From: Mytilus trossulus
Lineage: Eukaryota
DNA: 64,000 bases
NCBI RefSeq assembly: GCF_036588685.1
Contig: NC_086381.1
Coordinates: forward strand, 56,978,001-57,042,000
Direction: 5' to 3'
Shown: piece after piece, positions 39,339 to 52,725 of the stretch
Position numbering within the stretch: the stretch's first letter is position 1
Layout: each line of letters starts with the position of its first letter
Position numbers and translations under genes: made by a program
Notes under the pieces: model-generated
What the model saw: only the letters and a program-made list of their open reading frames with translations
Told to the model about the DNA's origin: nothing
The model's database searches: none

Positions 39339-42300
39339 ATGTTTATGAAAGCAGACGATTTTTTTAGAACGTGACTTACAATACTATTTACTTTTTTTTT
39401 AATTATCAGTATTTTTGTGTTTAATTTTAAAGAATTTATCTTTTTCATATCAAGAATCATTTTATTTAAATACTTTTAGTCTTCGTTTAAAGTAACTCGT
39501 TGTTTCGATTTGTTTACATAAGTTACGAGAACGTCATAACTTTATAGTTACGGCAAAGCGTTTAATGATATGCGTGACGTAACGCGTTTTCATTGGTTAC
39601 CAAAAAAACATATTCTTCCACACTACTTAAGCGCATGTCAATTACGAACTGACCCTATAATTTTCATATCAAGGACAGTACACTGATACTGACATTATTA
39701 GCGAGGACACATCAAAGGAAAAATGCCCAAATTACCGATAAACCTCATTATTAAGTATAATTAGCTTTCCAGATAAAGGAACACTAAAATGATAATCTGC
39801 ATTTCATGTGCCTTCGCTGTTGTTTTTGTTGTAGATAAGTGTTTTTGTTGTTTCGTTGTTTTCCTCTTACAGTTGATGTTTTACCTCCGTTTTATGTTGT
39901 TACCTGGATTTAGGTTTTTACTTTTAGAAAACATTGTTCATGTTGTTAAGTACTTAAAAGATAATTCATATTACTTTGAGAAGCAACAATGTTAACTAAG
40001 TCAGGAATTTGGTAGGTATAATCATATCGTCAGTTTCTATATATATATATCGTTGTTGTAATTTCTGCCACAGTTCAGTCTTATAGTTGATGTTGATCAT
40101 TGTATCAGGCCATTTGCCTGCTATGTCTGTCTTACGTGTCTTATTGGTGCTAAAATATAGATTATATTGTTCCATGTTCAGGACATTGAATTGTTCATTC
40201 CTTGGCGATAATTCCAAAAGACCATATGTTCGATTGATAAACTATATGCCATAACAGGTCCGTGTTGTGTTTCATGTTAATGATTGACACAACACATATG
40301 AATGTTGAAGTGACGTTATTTGAGCTCTATTATATTCCATGGGTCTACATTTATGATAATGTAAACAAAGGCAACAGAAGTATACCGTTTTAAAAAGTCA
40401 TATCTCTATTGCAAGAAAACAAGTCCGGGTTACAAACAAAACCAAAGGAAACACATCAAATATAAGAAGAAAACACAGGATAAGTTGAGTCTTATTTCTG
40501 TTTTAAATGATGTTAATAAAAAATGTCGGTAAATAACATATTTTTACACGCTGATTTGTTGTTAGTCTGATAATAAACTCTGTTGCATATAAAGTACAGT
40601 TAAAACAGTTTGTAGGATAAACAATTGTGTTGACATCAATGAACATAATCTATCAGATGCATGTACTTTAAGCAAATTTAAATATTTTGACAAGTCAGAA
40701 TTTCCTTCTGATCGGTTTACTTCTCTATTACATTTAATGACAAAATTCAAGCTATCATTTAGAGCAAAACTTTATCCCTTGACTTTTTACTATTGATGAT
40801 AAAGATAATACCAGTAACATATTCTAATGAAGTTAACTAAATGCAACAGTCCTGACCAGTAGTCGACAGGAATATAGTTTGCTCTTATAATTTTTAGTTA
40901 TATGCATATTGTTATGCTTTTACTTTTCTACATTGGCTAGAGGTTTAGGGGAGGGTTGAGATCTCATAAACATGTTTAACCCCGACGCATTTTTGCGCCT
41001 GTCCCTAGTCATGAGCGTCTGGCCTTTGGTAGTCTTGTATTATTTTTTATTTTAGTTTCTTGAGTAAAATTTGGAGATTAGTATGGCGTTCATTATCACT
41101 GAACTAGTATAATATTTGTTAGGGGGTCAGCGGAAGGACGCCTCCGGGTGCGGGGATTTCTTGCTGCATTGAAGACCTGTTGGTGACCTTCTGCTGTTGT
41201 TTATTCTATGGTCAGGTTGTTGTCTCTTTGACACAAACCCCATTTCCATTCTCAATTTTATTAAATAGTATAGTCTTGTACACCAATAGAGATATCTTTT
41301 TATTATTGAAATCTTCTGAAGATACCAACATCTTAAGAAACATATTTATTGGCAATGATTTCAGAACCGAATTTACAAAATAAAAAATCTGCACATATCT
41401 CTTTATTTTATATCCGACAGGAACCTTGGAGTTTGACATAACATACACATGATTTGATACTTTACAATGTGCAGTGACTTCCATCATAATTACCAATATC
41501 CCATTAAAGGAATGGTACGCAGATGTTTTAAACACTCTTTGATTGGATCTTTTCTGAGAGATATTTTTATTCTGTTTTTGTCTTCATCTGATTTACATCA
41601 CCCCTTGGAGTCATTAGTTTCAAATCCGAATTATTTTCCTATTTTCATTAACTGTTACTGTTTCAAAAAACAGTTTCGTTATCAGTCTGTTTATGCCATG
41701 AGATTTATAAAGAAACAAGATGTTACGCGCTTTGTTATTCCTTTTTCACAGGAGACGACATCGTAGTTGAATTAGAGGCTAAGAAATATTCGAAACTAAT
41801 ATTTTATGATACATACAAACACTCTGCATAGACGTCCATGTTATGAAATCGTTAGTTAACACATTATATTTTAAAAATCATTGAAGGCGATAGAACACAT
41901 TTATCTGAAAGTGGGAACTTATTAAGGTTTTTTTTTCTATTTCATTGTATTCTGGAAGGAGATACAGTTGTATAAAAAAGAAGATGTGGTATGATTGACA
42001 ATGAGACAACTGTCCTAAAGAGACCAAAATGACACAGACATTAACAACTATAGGTCATTGTATGGCCTTCAACAATGAGCAAAGCCCATATCGCATAGTC
42101 AGCTATAAAATGCCCCGATAAGACAATGTAAAACAATTCAAACGAGAAAACTAACAGCCTTATTTATATAAAAAAATGTGTCTATTTCTGCTTACCCTAA
42201 ACAATACAATCCAGATAGGAACTGTCGATCGTCATATTTCTAAAACGGATTATAACTTAACTGTTATATTAATGAAAAAAAAAAAATCGGTTCTCAAATT

Positions 42301-42606
42301 TTAGTATACTAATTAAACATTGAAAGTACTTATAGATTATCGCTGATCATCTCATCGAGATTGATTTTCTCGCTTGAGCCGGTACTGCGAAAAGTAGAAA
42401 AAACAATCAAATTGAGGTGACCAGTTATATTCTGTTATCGCGAATTTTATAAATGACGACGTTGTTTACTTCATTGAAAACGGCTCATGCACCCTTATTT
42501 CTAGCGATTATTGTTTAGATCACTCTACTGTTCTAAGAAAAGAAATCATATGTCAATAAGATCAAATTATATCATGTATGTAAGGAAAAACAAGTAAATT
42601 AGTGAT

Positions 42607-44591
42607 TTATTCGACGTCATCGTTCCAGACTGCGAATCCACCTCCATTTCGTTTAATACATTTCTTGTAAGAACAGGTATATCCTTTACAACAGTCTGTA
42701 TTAGATTTGCAATCTCTTCCTGCACACATCTTGCAGAATCCGTTAGTACAGATATACCCATTGCAGCATCGACGAATTCTGCAAATCTTATATGCACATG
42801 GCGGTGCTCTTTTTATAAGCCTAAACAAGATAATAGGGTAAACAATTATTAACACACAGATCCTTTATAACAGCAAATGGTTTAGTTTATTCATTAAACA
42901 ATTATAATAAGGTCTCAAAGTGTACGATTTAGTGCCAATGAAATCACTGAATGCACGATTCTTATCATAAAAAGCTATACGTTTAACACTAAATATTGTA
43001 TCGGTTTTATTCTATAACTCTGATGTGGGGGACATTGTTATACCTGTAACACATTAATGGAACTGGACAGTCGGTTTTCTATGAGGACGGTGTAAATATC
43101 TAAATGGACTTTTACTTGTACTCTTTTTAATAAATGTTTGAATGTCCCGCTGGTATATTTCGCCCCTATCTCTGTTAACAACATATTTGTAACACTTACA
43201 TTAAACAAATGTACAATATTTGTAACAACACAGACCTGTCCGAACATTATCATAAATTAACAGACAATTTTTTTTTTCTTTTTCTGGAGCAAATAAGCCA
43301 CATACATGTTTGCATTAGTCTCAACTTACTTCTTAATATGTCCACTGTCTTTCTGTATTTCTTCATTCGCCATGTTGACTGGAAGAGAAACAAAAATGTT
43401 GTATTAGTGTTTCCTAAGAACTATATTTTCTTCATCGATCTTGAATACTCCTGTATTCTACTGTTTTCGTTAGGCAAAGTAAACAACAATAAACTGCTAT
43501 TCCTCATCAGAATATTGAATAATTCAACAGAAATGTATGTTTGAAATCAAACGTGTATTTTTCTGTTGTGTTGTGTTTACATGGTTGTGTATTTACTGCC
43601 TCATTTGCAAACGTTGCAACCAACTTCCCGAATTTTCAATACCAATATCATTTTCTTCGAATCAAACATTTTGAATGTGCAATATTACAAAATTGAGAAA
43701 AAAAGATACCCTGGGATAGTATAAAAAGAAACTAATAATTATGTTAAAAAAATACAAGTCGATAATTTATAAACACCTAACAACTCTTCCGTTTGCTTTT
43801 CTGAAAATAATACCCTAAGGAAACAAAAGGTGACTTGAAAGCTATTGTCATTTATCAGATTGATGTACAGAAAAAAAATAGTTTTCCTATTCTACTGTCT
43901 CAATGTATTTTCCTTTACCCCGATTTCTGTTCATTGCAGCTTGCATGAATAAAGGCAACATCAATATACTGCTGTTCAATAGTAACATATTTATTGATTA
44001 AGCGAAAAATTATCAGAGTTAAACGTACACACATAAACAGAGGGAAATACATCAACTATAAAAGGAATACAACGGAAATACAGACACGATTAACTGCAAC
44101 ATAAACATGCGCCAAACGGACTAATTTATGACAACCATATACTATAAATTTGAATTTAAGTGAAAATATGTAAGTTTTAGAATACAGATTTAAAGTTAAA
44201 GGTGGTAGGACGAAACGATATATACAAAGTTCATATTCATGATATTTTTACGTAATCTGTTACATATAGAAAAAAACCTTGTTAGAAATTTCGTACTGGA
44301 TTATTTTGTGTTATTGTACTGGATTTTGGTTGCATTACTCATTTGGCTTATATTTCTACGCGGAATTTGGTATTATAACTTCAAATGTTTGGCTGTAGCC
44401 TTTACCAATCAAGGTAATTCCACAAAAGCGCCAAATTGACAAACGTCTACGTCTACAAATTTCCGGTTTAAAACAATGATGAACTCACTTCTACAAATAA
44501 CAAAAGATACTACATGTTAAGACTGATAATGTGTCTTACCTCCAACGGACACTAACAACATGCAGAGGACTAAACACATAGAAATATTCAT
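42607..44591 (-). CDS. CRP-I-like double-module cysteine-rich pre-pro-peptide, gene 2 (subtype B, cationic), 104 aa; coding exons 44591-44540, 43378-43330, 42820-42607
   Basis: 52+49+214 nt, canonical splice sites: MNISMCLVLCMLLVSVG-VNMANEEIQKDSGHIKK-LIKR-APPCAYKICRIRRCCNGYICTNGFCKMCAGRDCKSNTDCCKGYTCSYKKCIKRNGGGFAVWNDDVE*. Confidence 0.9.
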
Positions 44592-44864
44592 TCTTCCTGT
44601 TTACCAATTAGATACTGCAATACATAATGAATTGTTTATATGTTTAAGATTATGATTAGTTGTTACGAACCATATGTTTTAAAAGATTTAAAAGATAAAA
44701 CGTCAATTATAACAATTGTCCTTCAACAAAAGAGAAAACATAGTCTAAACTATCCTGTTTTAACATGCGTAACACGGGTTTGCCAAATTTCGTCCCTCCC
44801 GATCGACTGCCATCATTTCTCAAGACCATACTCGCAAATGGTGTCAAGGGAGAGCTGACAATTC

Positions 44865-44960
44865 AGTCCTTGATATTTTCTCCTTAAAACAGAGATCGAA
44901 CCAGAAATTGTTGTGCTTGATATCCGATGCACTAACCACTACACCTTGACTTTCCTCTAG
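44865..44960 (-). mobile_element. tRNA-derived SINE remnant in intron 1 of gene 2
   Basis: tagtggttagtgcatcgga...ctggttcgatc; orthologous position in gene 3. Confidence 0.5.
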
Positions 44961-45892
44961 ATTAACAATATAGTACGAGTCTTTTGTGTATCTCTGACAC
45001 GATTCCGGATTCTTGATAGCTTCATTAAACATGGCGGGACTGTTGAAAATAGAGTTGTAAATTTCTTTTCATTTTAAACTGTTATGCATTTCCATGCGAG
45101 TGATAAACTGCTGTTTATCTTAGTTTTGGGTGAAATAAATGGCCCGCACACTAGGTAATTTAAGTACAACGCGTTAAGCAAGAATATATTTGTAGGCCGT
45201 CTGTAAGAATCAAATTAATGCAGGCTATTGTTTCAGTACGTATACAACGCTCCTGGTTCACTTTCTAAAAGCCGTGTTTGTATCCGTATCTCATGTACTT
45301 GGTTGAGGCACGAGACAAAATGCATCGCCATTTGAACGACAGAGGAGATAAAAATGGATACATTTATTTATATGTTAACTTGTGTAGCAGTTAAAAGAAA
45401 TTAACTAAATAATTCTACTAGTGTGAATATGTGTATTTTTACACATATTCATCATGACAATATTGATTTCAAGGAAAGAGATTGCTTTTTCAAATCAATC
45501 TTTTTGCTTTTTAAGCTTTAATTTCTATCAAAAGTAGGTCCGCCTCATAATATGGGGAAAAACAATCTTATTATTATTTTTCGTATCGTACTTTATAATA
45601 TTTTTTAGATGAGTATGCTTGTACGTTTGTTGTAAAACGCTCAGCTTAAAGTAACTGACGAAGTTAACAACTGTCCAAATTAAAATGAGCATATACTATA
45701 GCCTATAACAACTAATTAACAGGTAAAATATAAGTAGGAAAGTTTGACTTTTGGTATATGAAACTGTGCATATAGCGACAGTTGGAATTCACTTACTTCG
45801 CTCACTTACTTTTTACCTCAAACTAACTTTACAAATGTACTTTCAATATAAAACGAAACATTTCTGAACATTTACTTATATCAACAACTTAC

Positions 45893-45947
45893 GTACAATT
45901 TAAATGGTCCGAATCCTTAAATGTAACTGGTGTAAGCAGCTGTTATA
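45893..45947 (-). promoter_or_regulatory. Variant TATA (TATAACA) and non-coding exon 1 of gene 2
   Basis: Positionally homologous to 50439-50501 (gene 3); donor AC|GTAAGT after 45893. Confidence 0.55.
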
Positions 45948-46749
45948 GGAACGTGTTGTTGTTTACATTAAACTAATATTACAATCAAGTTACGTGTAAG
46001 TTGTATATCCTGTTGTGCCCATATACGACCATTTACAGATAAACACAATTTATAACCATATTTTCTTTGACCTTTTTTTTTTTTTTTTGGTTTCCTCGAT
46101 GTTAGTGTTGAAATACTATTAGCCTTTATATACACGTATCAAAATAAAGGCAATCAGAGAACATCATTATTGTCATCTAATGACAATCTTATTAAAGTTC
46201 AAACATTCATTATATAACATCTCTGTTTTTAATTGAGGTAAATTACAACTTTTCACACGCTGTTTTTTTTTTAACTTTATTGTAAATACAGTACAGTTTA
46301 ACCAGTTTGTAGGATTATATTTAAAAGATAAAAATTGTGTTCACATCAATGAAGATAATCTGTCAGATACATGTACTTTAAAAAAACATGAAATTTTGGC
46401 AAGTTAAAGTTTACTTTTAACAGGTATATGAACTTCTCTGATCGGTTTTATGACAAGATTCAATATATTGTACAAAGCAAAACGGTGTCCTTGGACTTTT
46501 TATTATTTCTGAAAAAGATAATGCTAGGTACATATTCTAATAAAGTTAACTGATTGCAACGGTCCTTGTCAGGAGTCGACACTGACATAGTGTTCTTTTA
46601 TAATGAAGAAATGTTTAGTATTGTGCATTTCATTGTTTAGCCTTGAACACCAGTAGATATCATTTACATTATTGAAACTTTTCTTAGTATTCTATGGGTA
46701 CCAACATCATAAAAACATATGTATGGGCAATGTTTTCAGAACCAAATTT

Positions 46750-47130
46750 ACGGACGCCATCACGAGTTGGTTGACCGTTTTGGAATAACCATTTCACAAA
46801 TGATATCGGATATGTTTCTTACGTCGTAACTACAATCCCCTCCCCTTTCATGAATGTGACCTACCGAGTTAGACTATTTACCGGATTTGTTATCACATAA
46901 GCAACACGACGGGTGCCACATGTGGAGCAGGATCTGCTTACCCTTCCAGAGCACATGAGAACACCCCTAGTTTTTGTTGGGGTTTTTGTTGTTTATTCTT
47001 TAGTTTTCTATGTTGTGTCATGTGTACTATTGTTTGTCTGTTTGTCTTTTTCATTTTTAGCCATGGCGTTGTCAGTTTATTTTAGATTTATGAGTTTGAC
47101 TGTCCTTTTGGTATCTTTCGTCCCTCTTTT
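46750..47130 (+). mobile_element. Penelope-like element 3' fragment
   Basis: Reverse-complement match to 51361-51740; absent from the paralogous site at ~41375. Confidence 0.65.
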
Positions 47131-47911
47131 ACAAGCTTAAAAATCTGCACATGTACCTCTTTATTTTATAATCGACAAGACTTTGAACTCTGATATAAAT
47201 TATGCATTTTTTGATACTTTATTATGCACAGTGTTAGCGTAATGTTTATATTCCAACGGGATTACCAATATCCGATTAAAAGAATGGAATGATGATGTTT
47301 TAAACACACTGTGATTGGATGCGTTCTAGAAGAATTTTGTTATTCTTTTTTTGTCTTGATCTAATTTACATCGCCCTAATTGTCACTAGTTCCAAATTCC
47401 GAATTAATTTCCTTTTTCAGTAACGGTTACAAATGAATTCGGGCATATTTTGAGTTTCAAAACCTGTTGTTGTTATCAATCTGTTGATGAAATGTGATTA
47501 ACACAGAACAAATATGGTACGCGCTTTGTCATTTATATTTTTCAACATCATGTTTGTCTTAGAGGCTAACACATATTCGCAACCTATATTTAAAGATACA
47601 TAAACAAATTCTTTATAGACTCCTTTATTATTTAATCGTTGATTATTTTTTTGAATCATTGAAGATGATAGAACAGACTAATCTGAAAAGTAGAAATGCA
47701 TTTGGAATCTTTTTTTTAAATTTATGTATATGTTGTTTATTTCATATTTACATCTTAAATAAAACTCCAGATAGGAACTATCGATCTTTCTAATTCTTAA
47801 AAGAACAAATCAATTGTTATTAAAATGACAAAAATATACATATTTCTTTCAGAATTTTATTTTTACCAAATTTTACATGGACAGTTAAAATAGTTTGTTG
47901 ATTATTTCGCT

Positions 47912-48996
47912 TCAGACAGCTGCGAATATTGGTTTACCAGTATGAGGTGGTCTTCCACCACCTCCACTTCGTTTAATACATTTCTTGTAAGAGCAGGTAT
48001 ATCCATTACAACAGTCTTTATTAGATCTGCAATCTCTTCCTGCACACATCTTGCAGAATCCGTAAACGCAGGTATAACCATAGCAGCATCGACGATATTT
48101 GCAAATCTTATACGCACATGCGGGGGCTCTTTTTATAAGCCTAAAACAAGACAATATGGAGAAAGTTTGTCTATAAAAAAATATTAACTCACAGATCTTT
48201 TTTTAAATTTAGATTAGTACATATTCGAACATTCGGTGATGAGAGTGTCATGGAGGAAAAAATATTGCATCCTCTTTTCCAGCAAAAGGTTTCTGGGGTA
48301 TTAATATATATTTAGATATCAAAGTTTTCGCTAAACTGCCGATGAACTTTGCGAATGCACGAATGATTCTAAAAATGAAAACCTATCCGTATAACACTCG
48401 TTATTTTATTCTTATATTTCCTATGACTCTGATTTAGGGTAATCGTTACACCTGTAGTACATCAATGGAACTGGACAGTAGGATTTCTTAAAATACGGTG
48501 TAAATATTTGAAAGGACTTTTACTTTTGATATGTAATGTTTGAATGTCCCACTGGTATTTTTCGCATCTCATCTTTTAACAAAAATAATTGTAACACATG
48601 GACTTATTCGAACAAAATCAACAATTTCCAGACAAACAGATAATTTATTCTTGATCAGCCACATATGCATCGGTCTCAACTTACTTCTGAATATGTCCAC
48701 TGTCTTTCTGTATTTCTGTATTCGCCAGGTTGACTAAAAGAAAAAAGAAAACGTTTTTATTTTAGTTTCCCTTCCCCGATTTTGTGCAATAATGCTTGCA
48801 TGAATACATAAAAAAAACATCAGTATAATGCTGTGCAATAGTAAAAAATTAATTACGAAACAACATATCCGGATTACATGTACAAACTTAAACCGAAGGA
48901 AGCTATAAGAGGAAAATAACGGAACACCAGATAATGTGTCTTACCTTCAATGTACACCATCAACACACAGAGGACTAAACCAATAGAAATCTTCAT
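47912..48996 (-). CDS. CRP-I-like double-module cysteine-rich pre-pro-peptide, gene 3 (subtype B, cationic), 109 aa; coding exons 48996-48945, 48733-48685, 48140-47912
   Basis: 52+49+229 nt, canonical splice sites: MKISIGLVLCVLMVYIE-VNLANTEIQKDSGHIQK-LIKR-APACAYKICKYRRCCYGYTCVYGFCKMCAGRDCRSNKDCCNGYTCSYKKCIKRSGGGGRPPHTGKPIFAAV*. Confidence 0.9.
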
Positions 48997-49289
48997 TCTT
49001 CCTGTTTTCTAAATGAATACTGCAACACATAATGCAATTGTTTAATATATAATTTTGATGATAATGACTAATTGTTAAGAACCATATGTTGTAAAAGATT
49101 ATTAGTTCAAACAAATATAACTTAAGATCGAACAGCATCCAAAGCATTTGTCTGTCAGCAAAAGGGAAACAATAGCATGAATTGTTTAAACATATTTTTG
49201 TTAAGTGGATGGGAAAACAAGTTATTACATCTTATATTAATCAATTTCAGCTAAACTGGTACGAAAGCTGCCGTGTAGCAGCATAAACT

Positions 49290-49510
49290 TTATCTTATTC
49301 GAAATCTACAAGGGTGGCTTTAACGTGCATGAGACATTACTCTCTCTTAACACGTCATAGTTCGTACTCTTCCGATGGACTGTCGTCGTTTCTAAAGACT
49401 CACAATTCGTGTCAGTCCTTGACATTTTCTCCTCGAAATGGAGATCGAACCAGGATTTTTTGTGCTCGAAGTCCGATGCGCTAACAACTACTCCACGGCT
49501 CTCCTCTAGA
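49290..49510 (-). mobile_element. tRNA-derived SINE in intron 1 of gene 3 (longer copy)
   Basis: A/B-box head plus body containing gcacgttaaagccaccc. Confidence 0.5.
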
Positions 49511-50438
49511 TTAACAGTAAAGTAAGAGTATGTTATGTATCTGTGACATGATTCTGGATTTTTTATAGTTTCATTAAACAAGGCGACTGTTGAAAATGGT
49601 GTTGCCCATTTTTCGTCCTTTTTAACTGTAGTGCGTTTTCATGTGACAATAGTTTTGCTTTAGACCTCATCAAAAACCCTTATGTTTTTGTGACATTAAT
49701 GTCAAGTGGTACATTACACTAAGGGATACAAGTATAATGCGCTAATCAGAAATAGGTATGTTAGAACTAAATTATTTGAGGCTATTGTTTCAGTCCTAAT
49801 ATAACGCTCCTTGTTCACTTTATAAGGGCGTGTTTGTATTCGTATCAATTTGAAGCGGGTGAGACAGAAGACAAAATTCATCGTCGGTGTGAACGACACA
49901 GGAGAAAAACCTGGATATATATTAATATATGTTCTTATGAACCGGTGAAATCAAATTAACTTAATCAATTATACAAATGTGAAAATGCATATTTTTTTTA
50001 CACCTTTTCGTCATGACAGCATTGATGTAAAGGGAAGTGCTTGCTTTCTTCAAATCACACGTGTTGCATTTAAAGCTTTAAAGAATTAAGTTCGAACAAA
50101 AAAGTTGGCACACTTCATCATATCAAATATCAGAATGATTTTTTTATAACGTACTCTATGCTAAATTTAATATAAGTATGCAGTGTAGTTGTGTATTAAA
50201 CGCCCAGCGTGAAGTTACTGTAATTGACTACCCATATTCAAATAAGCATCTACTATAGCCTATAATAGTTGATTAACAAGTAATATTAGAAGGAAAGTCA
50301 GCCATTTTGGTATCTGAAATGGTGCCAAAGTTAGCAAAAGATATCACTCACTTACTTGTTATATCAATCTTACTGTTAAAGGGTGCTTTCAATATAAAAC
50401 TGCATTTAACTGAATATTTACTTACATATACAACTTAC

Positions 50439-50501
50439 ATGCACGTTCAACTTTTACTGTGTTTGAATCCTAAAATTAAAACGGTGTTATCAGCTTTTAT
50501 A
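50439..50501 (-). promoter_or_regulatory. TATA box (TATAAAA) and non-coding exon 1 of gene 3
   Basis: Minus strand TATAAAAGCTG, donor GTAAGT after 50439; same motif and similar spacing as in genes 1 and 4. Confidence 0.65.
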
Positions 50502-51360
50502 GGAATGTGGCCTTTACTTACATTAAACTCATGGTCCAATTCAGTTACGATTAAGTTATATATCCTGTTGTGCCCATATACGACCTTTCACAGAAAAACA
50601 CGATTAACAATAAAAATGTGTCTGACAAATTTCTTAAGATTCCCCCGATGTTATTGTTTATATGCTATAAGCCTATACTCGTTCTCTTTTATGTTTACGT
50701 ATAAAGATCAAGGCAATCAGAGAACATTAAGATTGGCTTTTAGTGACGTGAAATCCACACATTCAAAATATTTTATGCTTCTTTAAATTGTGTGTTGGGA
50801 ATAAAACTCGTTTGCTTTTTTTTTTATAGAAACTACAATGTATGTTATATCAATAAAATTTCAAATGAACGTTACATATTTATGACTGGTACATTATTAA
50901 GTCATTGATTTATTAACATGTATCCCAGATTTTTAGCTTCAATCTAGATCGGGAAACCCTAATGTATTAAGTAATGTTGTAAACTTTACCATTAACGTAG
51001 ATTCGAACAATTTTTACTCTTTCATCTAGAAATAATAATTTAAATAACACAAATCTATCACAATAATCATGATAACACGACAATGTTTGATTTTGAAATA
51101 TTTGTTTTCAACTTTATCGAAAAACAGAAGACGTTGGTAATGTAAAAAAGTATGACACAGATACTAATTGCATGTCCAAAAACAGATTAAAATTTAGCCT
51201 TTTTAACTTCGAATGTTCTAAGATGAGAATATATATATATATGTAAGGTAAAGAGAAAACAAGGATTGTCAGTACACGTCAATTAAGCATCTGATTGATG
51301 TATTGTTTAGTGTTCAAATGTCATTGAATTATTATGATATTGACTTGTCCACTAAAGCAA

Positions 51361-52725
51361 AGGAGGGAAAAACGATACCATATTGACAGTCAAACTCATT
51401 GATCGAAATAATAATGACAACGTCATGGCTAAAAAAGCTAAAGACAAACACACAAATAACAGTACACAACATAGAAAACTAAAGACTTAGCAACACGAAC
51501 CCCAGCAAAAACAGGGCGTGATATCGAATGCTCCGAAAGGGTAAACAAATCCTGCTCCACATGTGACACTCGTTGTGGTGCTTATTTCATTACAAGTCCG
51601 GTAAAAAGTCTGATTCTGTAGGTCACATCCGTGAAAAGGAAAGGGGATTGTAGTGACGATGTAAGGAGCATATCCGTTATCATCTATCAAACGGTTATTC
51701 CATAACGGGCAACCAACTCGTGATTGCGTCCGTAAAATTGACGAAGGGATGATTTCAACTTTACAATTTGGAACTATTGGTTTAATAGCTTCCTTGTAAG
51801 CAGCGACCCTCTATCAAGAAAATCATAAAAGGAAATACAAGCCCAGGCATATCGTATCAATTGGGAGATATATATTCCGTATACAGGCGTTGATGGCATA
51901 TTGCTACAAAGAAATAGAAAGTTTACAGTTTGAAAGCTTACATCATCTCTTTTGTCGTAAAGTTTTGTTTTCAACCGACGCTCATTGTACATTTCTAGAT
52001 ATAAGTCAAGATATGAGGCAGGTTTAACTGTATTTGTTGTATCCTTTATCGCTAGTTCGATGGGATAGATTCGTTCAATATAGTCACCAAATTTTTGAAT
52101 TATTTAGTGAGAGAACATCATCTATATAGCGGAAAGAAATTTAAATGATATTGCTCACTTCTTACTTTTTTCTTCAGAAGTTCCTGTATGAAGTCAGTCA
52201 CATAATAACAAAGAAACAAGTCGGCTAAAAGAGGGGCACAATGGAATTCCGACAGTCTCTGGGAAAACAAATCCTCCAAACGTAACACGTACTAGTATGT
52301 TGTCAATAAAAAAATCAAGCATCTTGATAATGTCAGTTTTTAGAGAATCTAGTTTAATTCAGAGTTATTTTTTACAAAGTAGGATGTATCCCTACCTAAG
52401 ACAATATACATGTATCTAGGCTTGCCATTTTTTTGTAGAAAACAAAGCAATACCAACTCGATCTTTCAATTTGTCTATAAGTTTGGAATGGGGAATACTT
52501 GTGTAAAGTGTCGAAGAGTCAAATGTTTGAAAAAAAGATAAAAGAGTCTAAGATTGTACAAGTTTGTACTCCAAAAGATATTTTGAGTTTTTTAGTATTA
52601 ACATTTGATTCACGCCACCTCTATAATAGGCAGATGTACAGTAACTCGAAGCCCGGCTTTGACAGTTAATAAAAAAAGATGTTAATAAATTAGAATGAGG
52701 TTTCATGGAGCATTTTGGAAGACCC
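51361..52725 (-). mobile_element. Degenerate Penelope-like retroelement (RT fragment)
   Basis: FDSSTLYTSIPH, FRYIDDVLSLN (~52100-52135), LYDKRDD..VNFLFLCSN..YGIYISQLIRY. Confidence 0.8.

Larger units (their letters stand above)
33665..39745 (-). mobile_element. Crypton (tyrosine-recombinase DNA transposon, DUF3504/ZMYM-QRICH1-like), degenerate, with nested LINE
   Basis: YR gene fragments, terminal hairpin 33668-33762, subterminal inverted gtttatcgtaattt (33763) / aaattaccgataaac (39729), gatactgac motif at both ends. Confidence 0.75.
40545..50790. repeat. Tandem segmental duplication (units ~40545-46240 and ~46250-50790), each carrying one subtype-B gene
   Basis: Collinear similarity of downstream flanks (40545-42260 vs 46250-47830), introns and upstream flanks (45900-46235 vs 50440-50790). 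Confidence 0.8.

Noticed and set aside
26691-48117. Alternative-frame ORFs over the Cys-rich exons (26691-26903, 42567-42797, 47902-48117)
   Set aside because: Shadow frames; splice phases select the cysteine-rich frame
44844-49581. Paralogous ORFs MFNE(A/T)IKNPESC (44844-45032, 49306-49581) as a nested gene pair
   Set aside because: They run through a tRNA-derived SINE head, one starts at TTG, their ends differ, and the similarity is explained by the tandem duplication
50307-50786. 159-aa plus-strand ORF
   Set aside because: Antisense over the gene 3 promoter, starts at TTG, no recognisable motif, and the ORF track shows no counterpart in the paralogous gene 2 region
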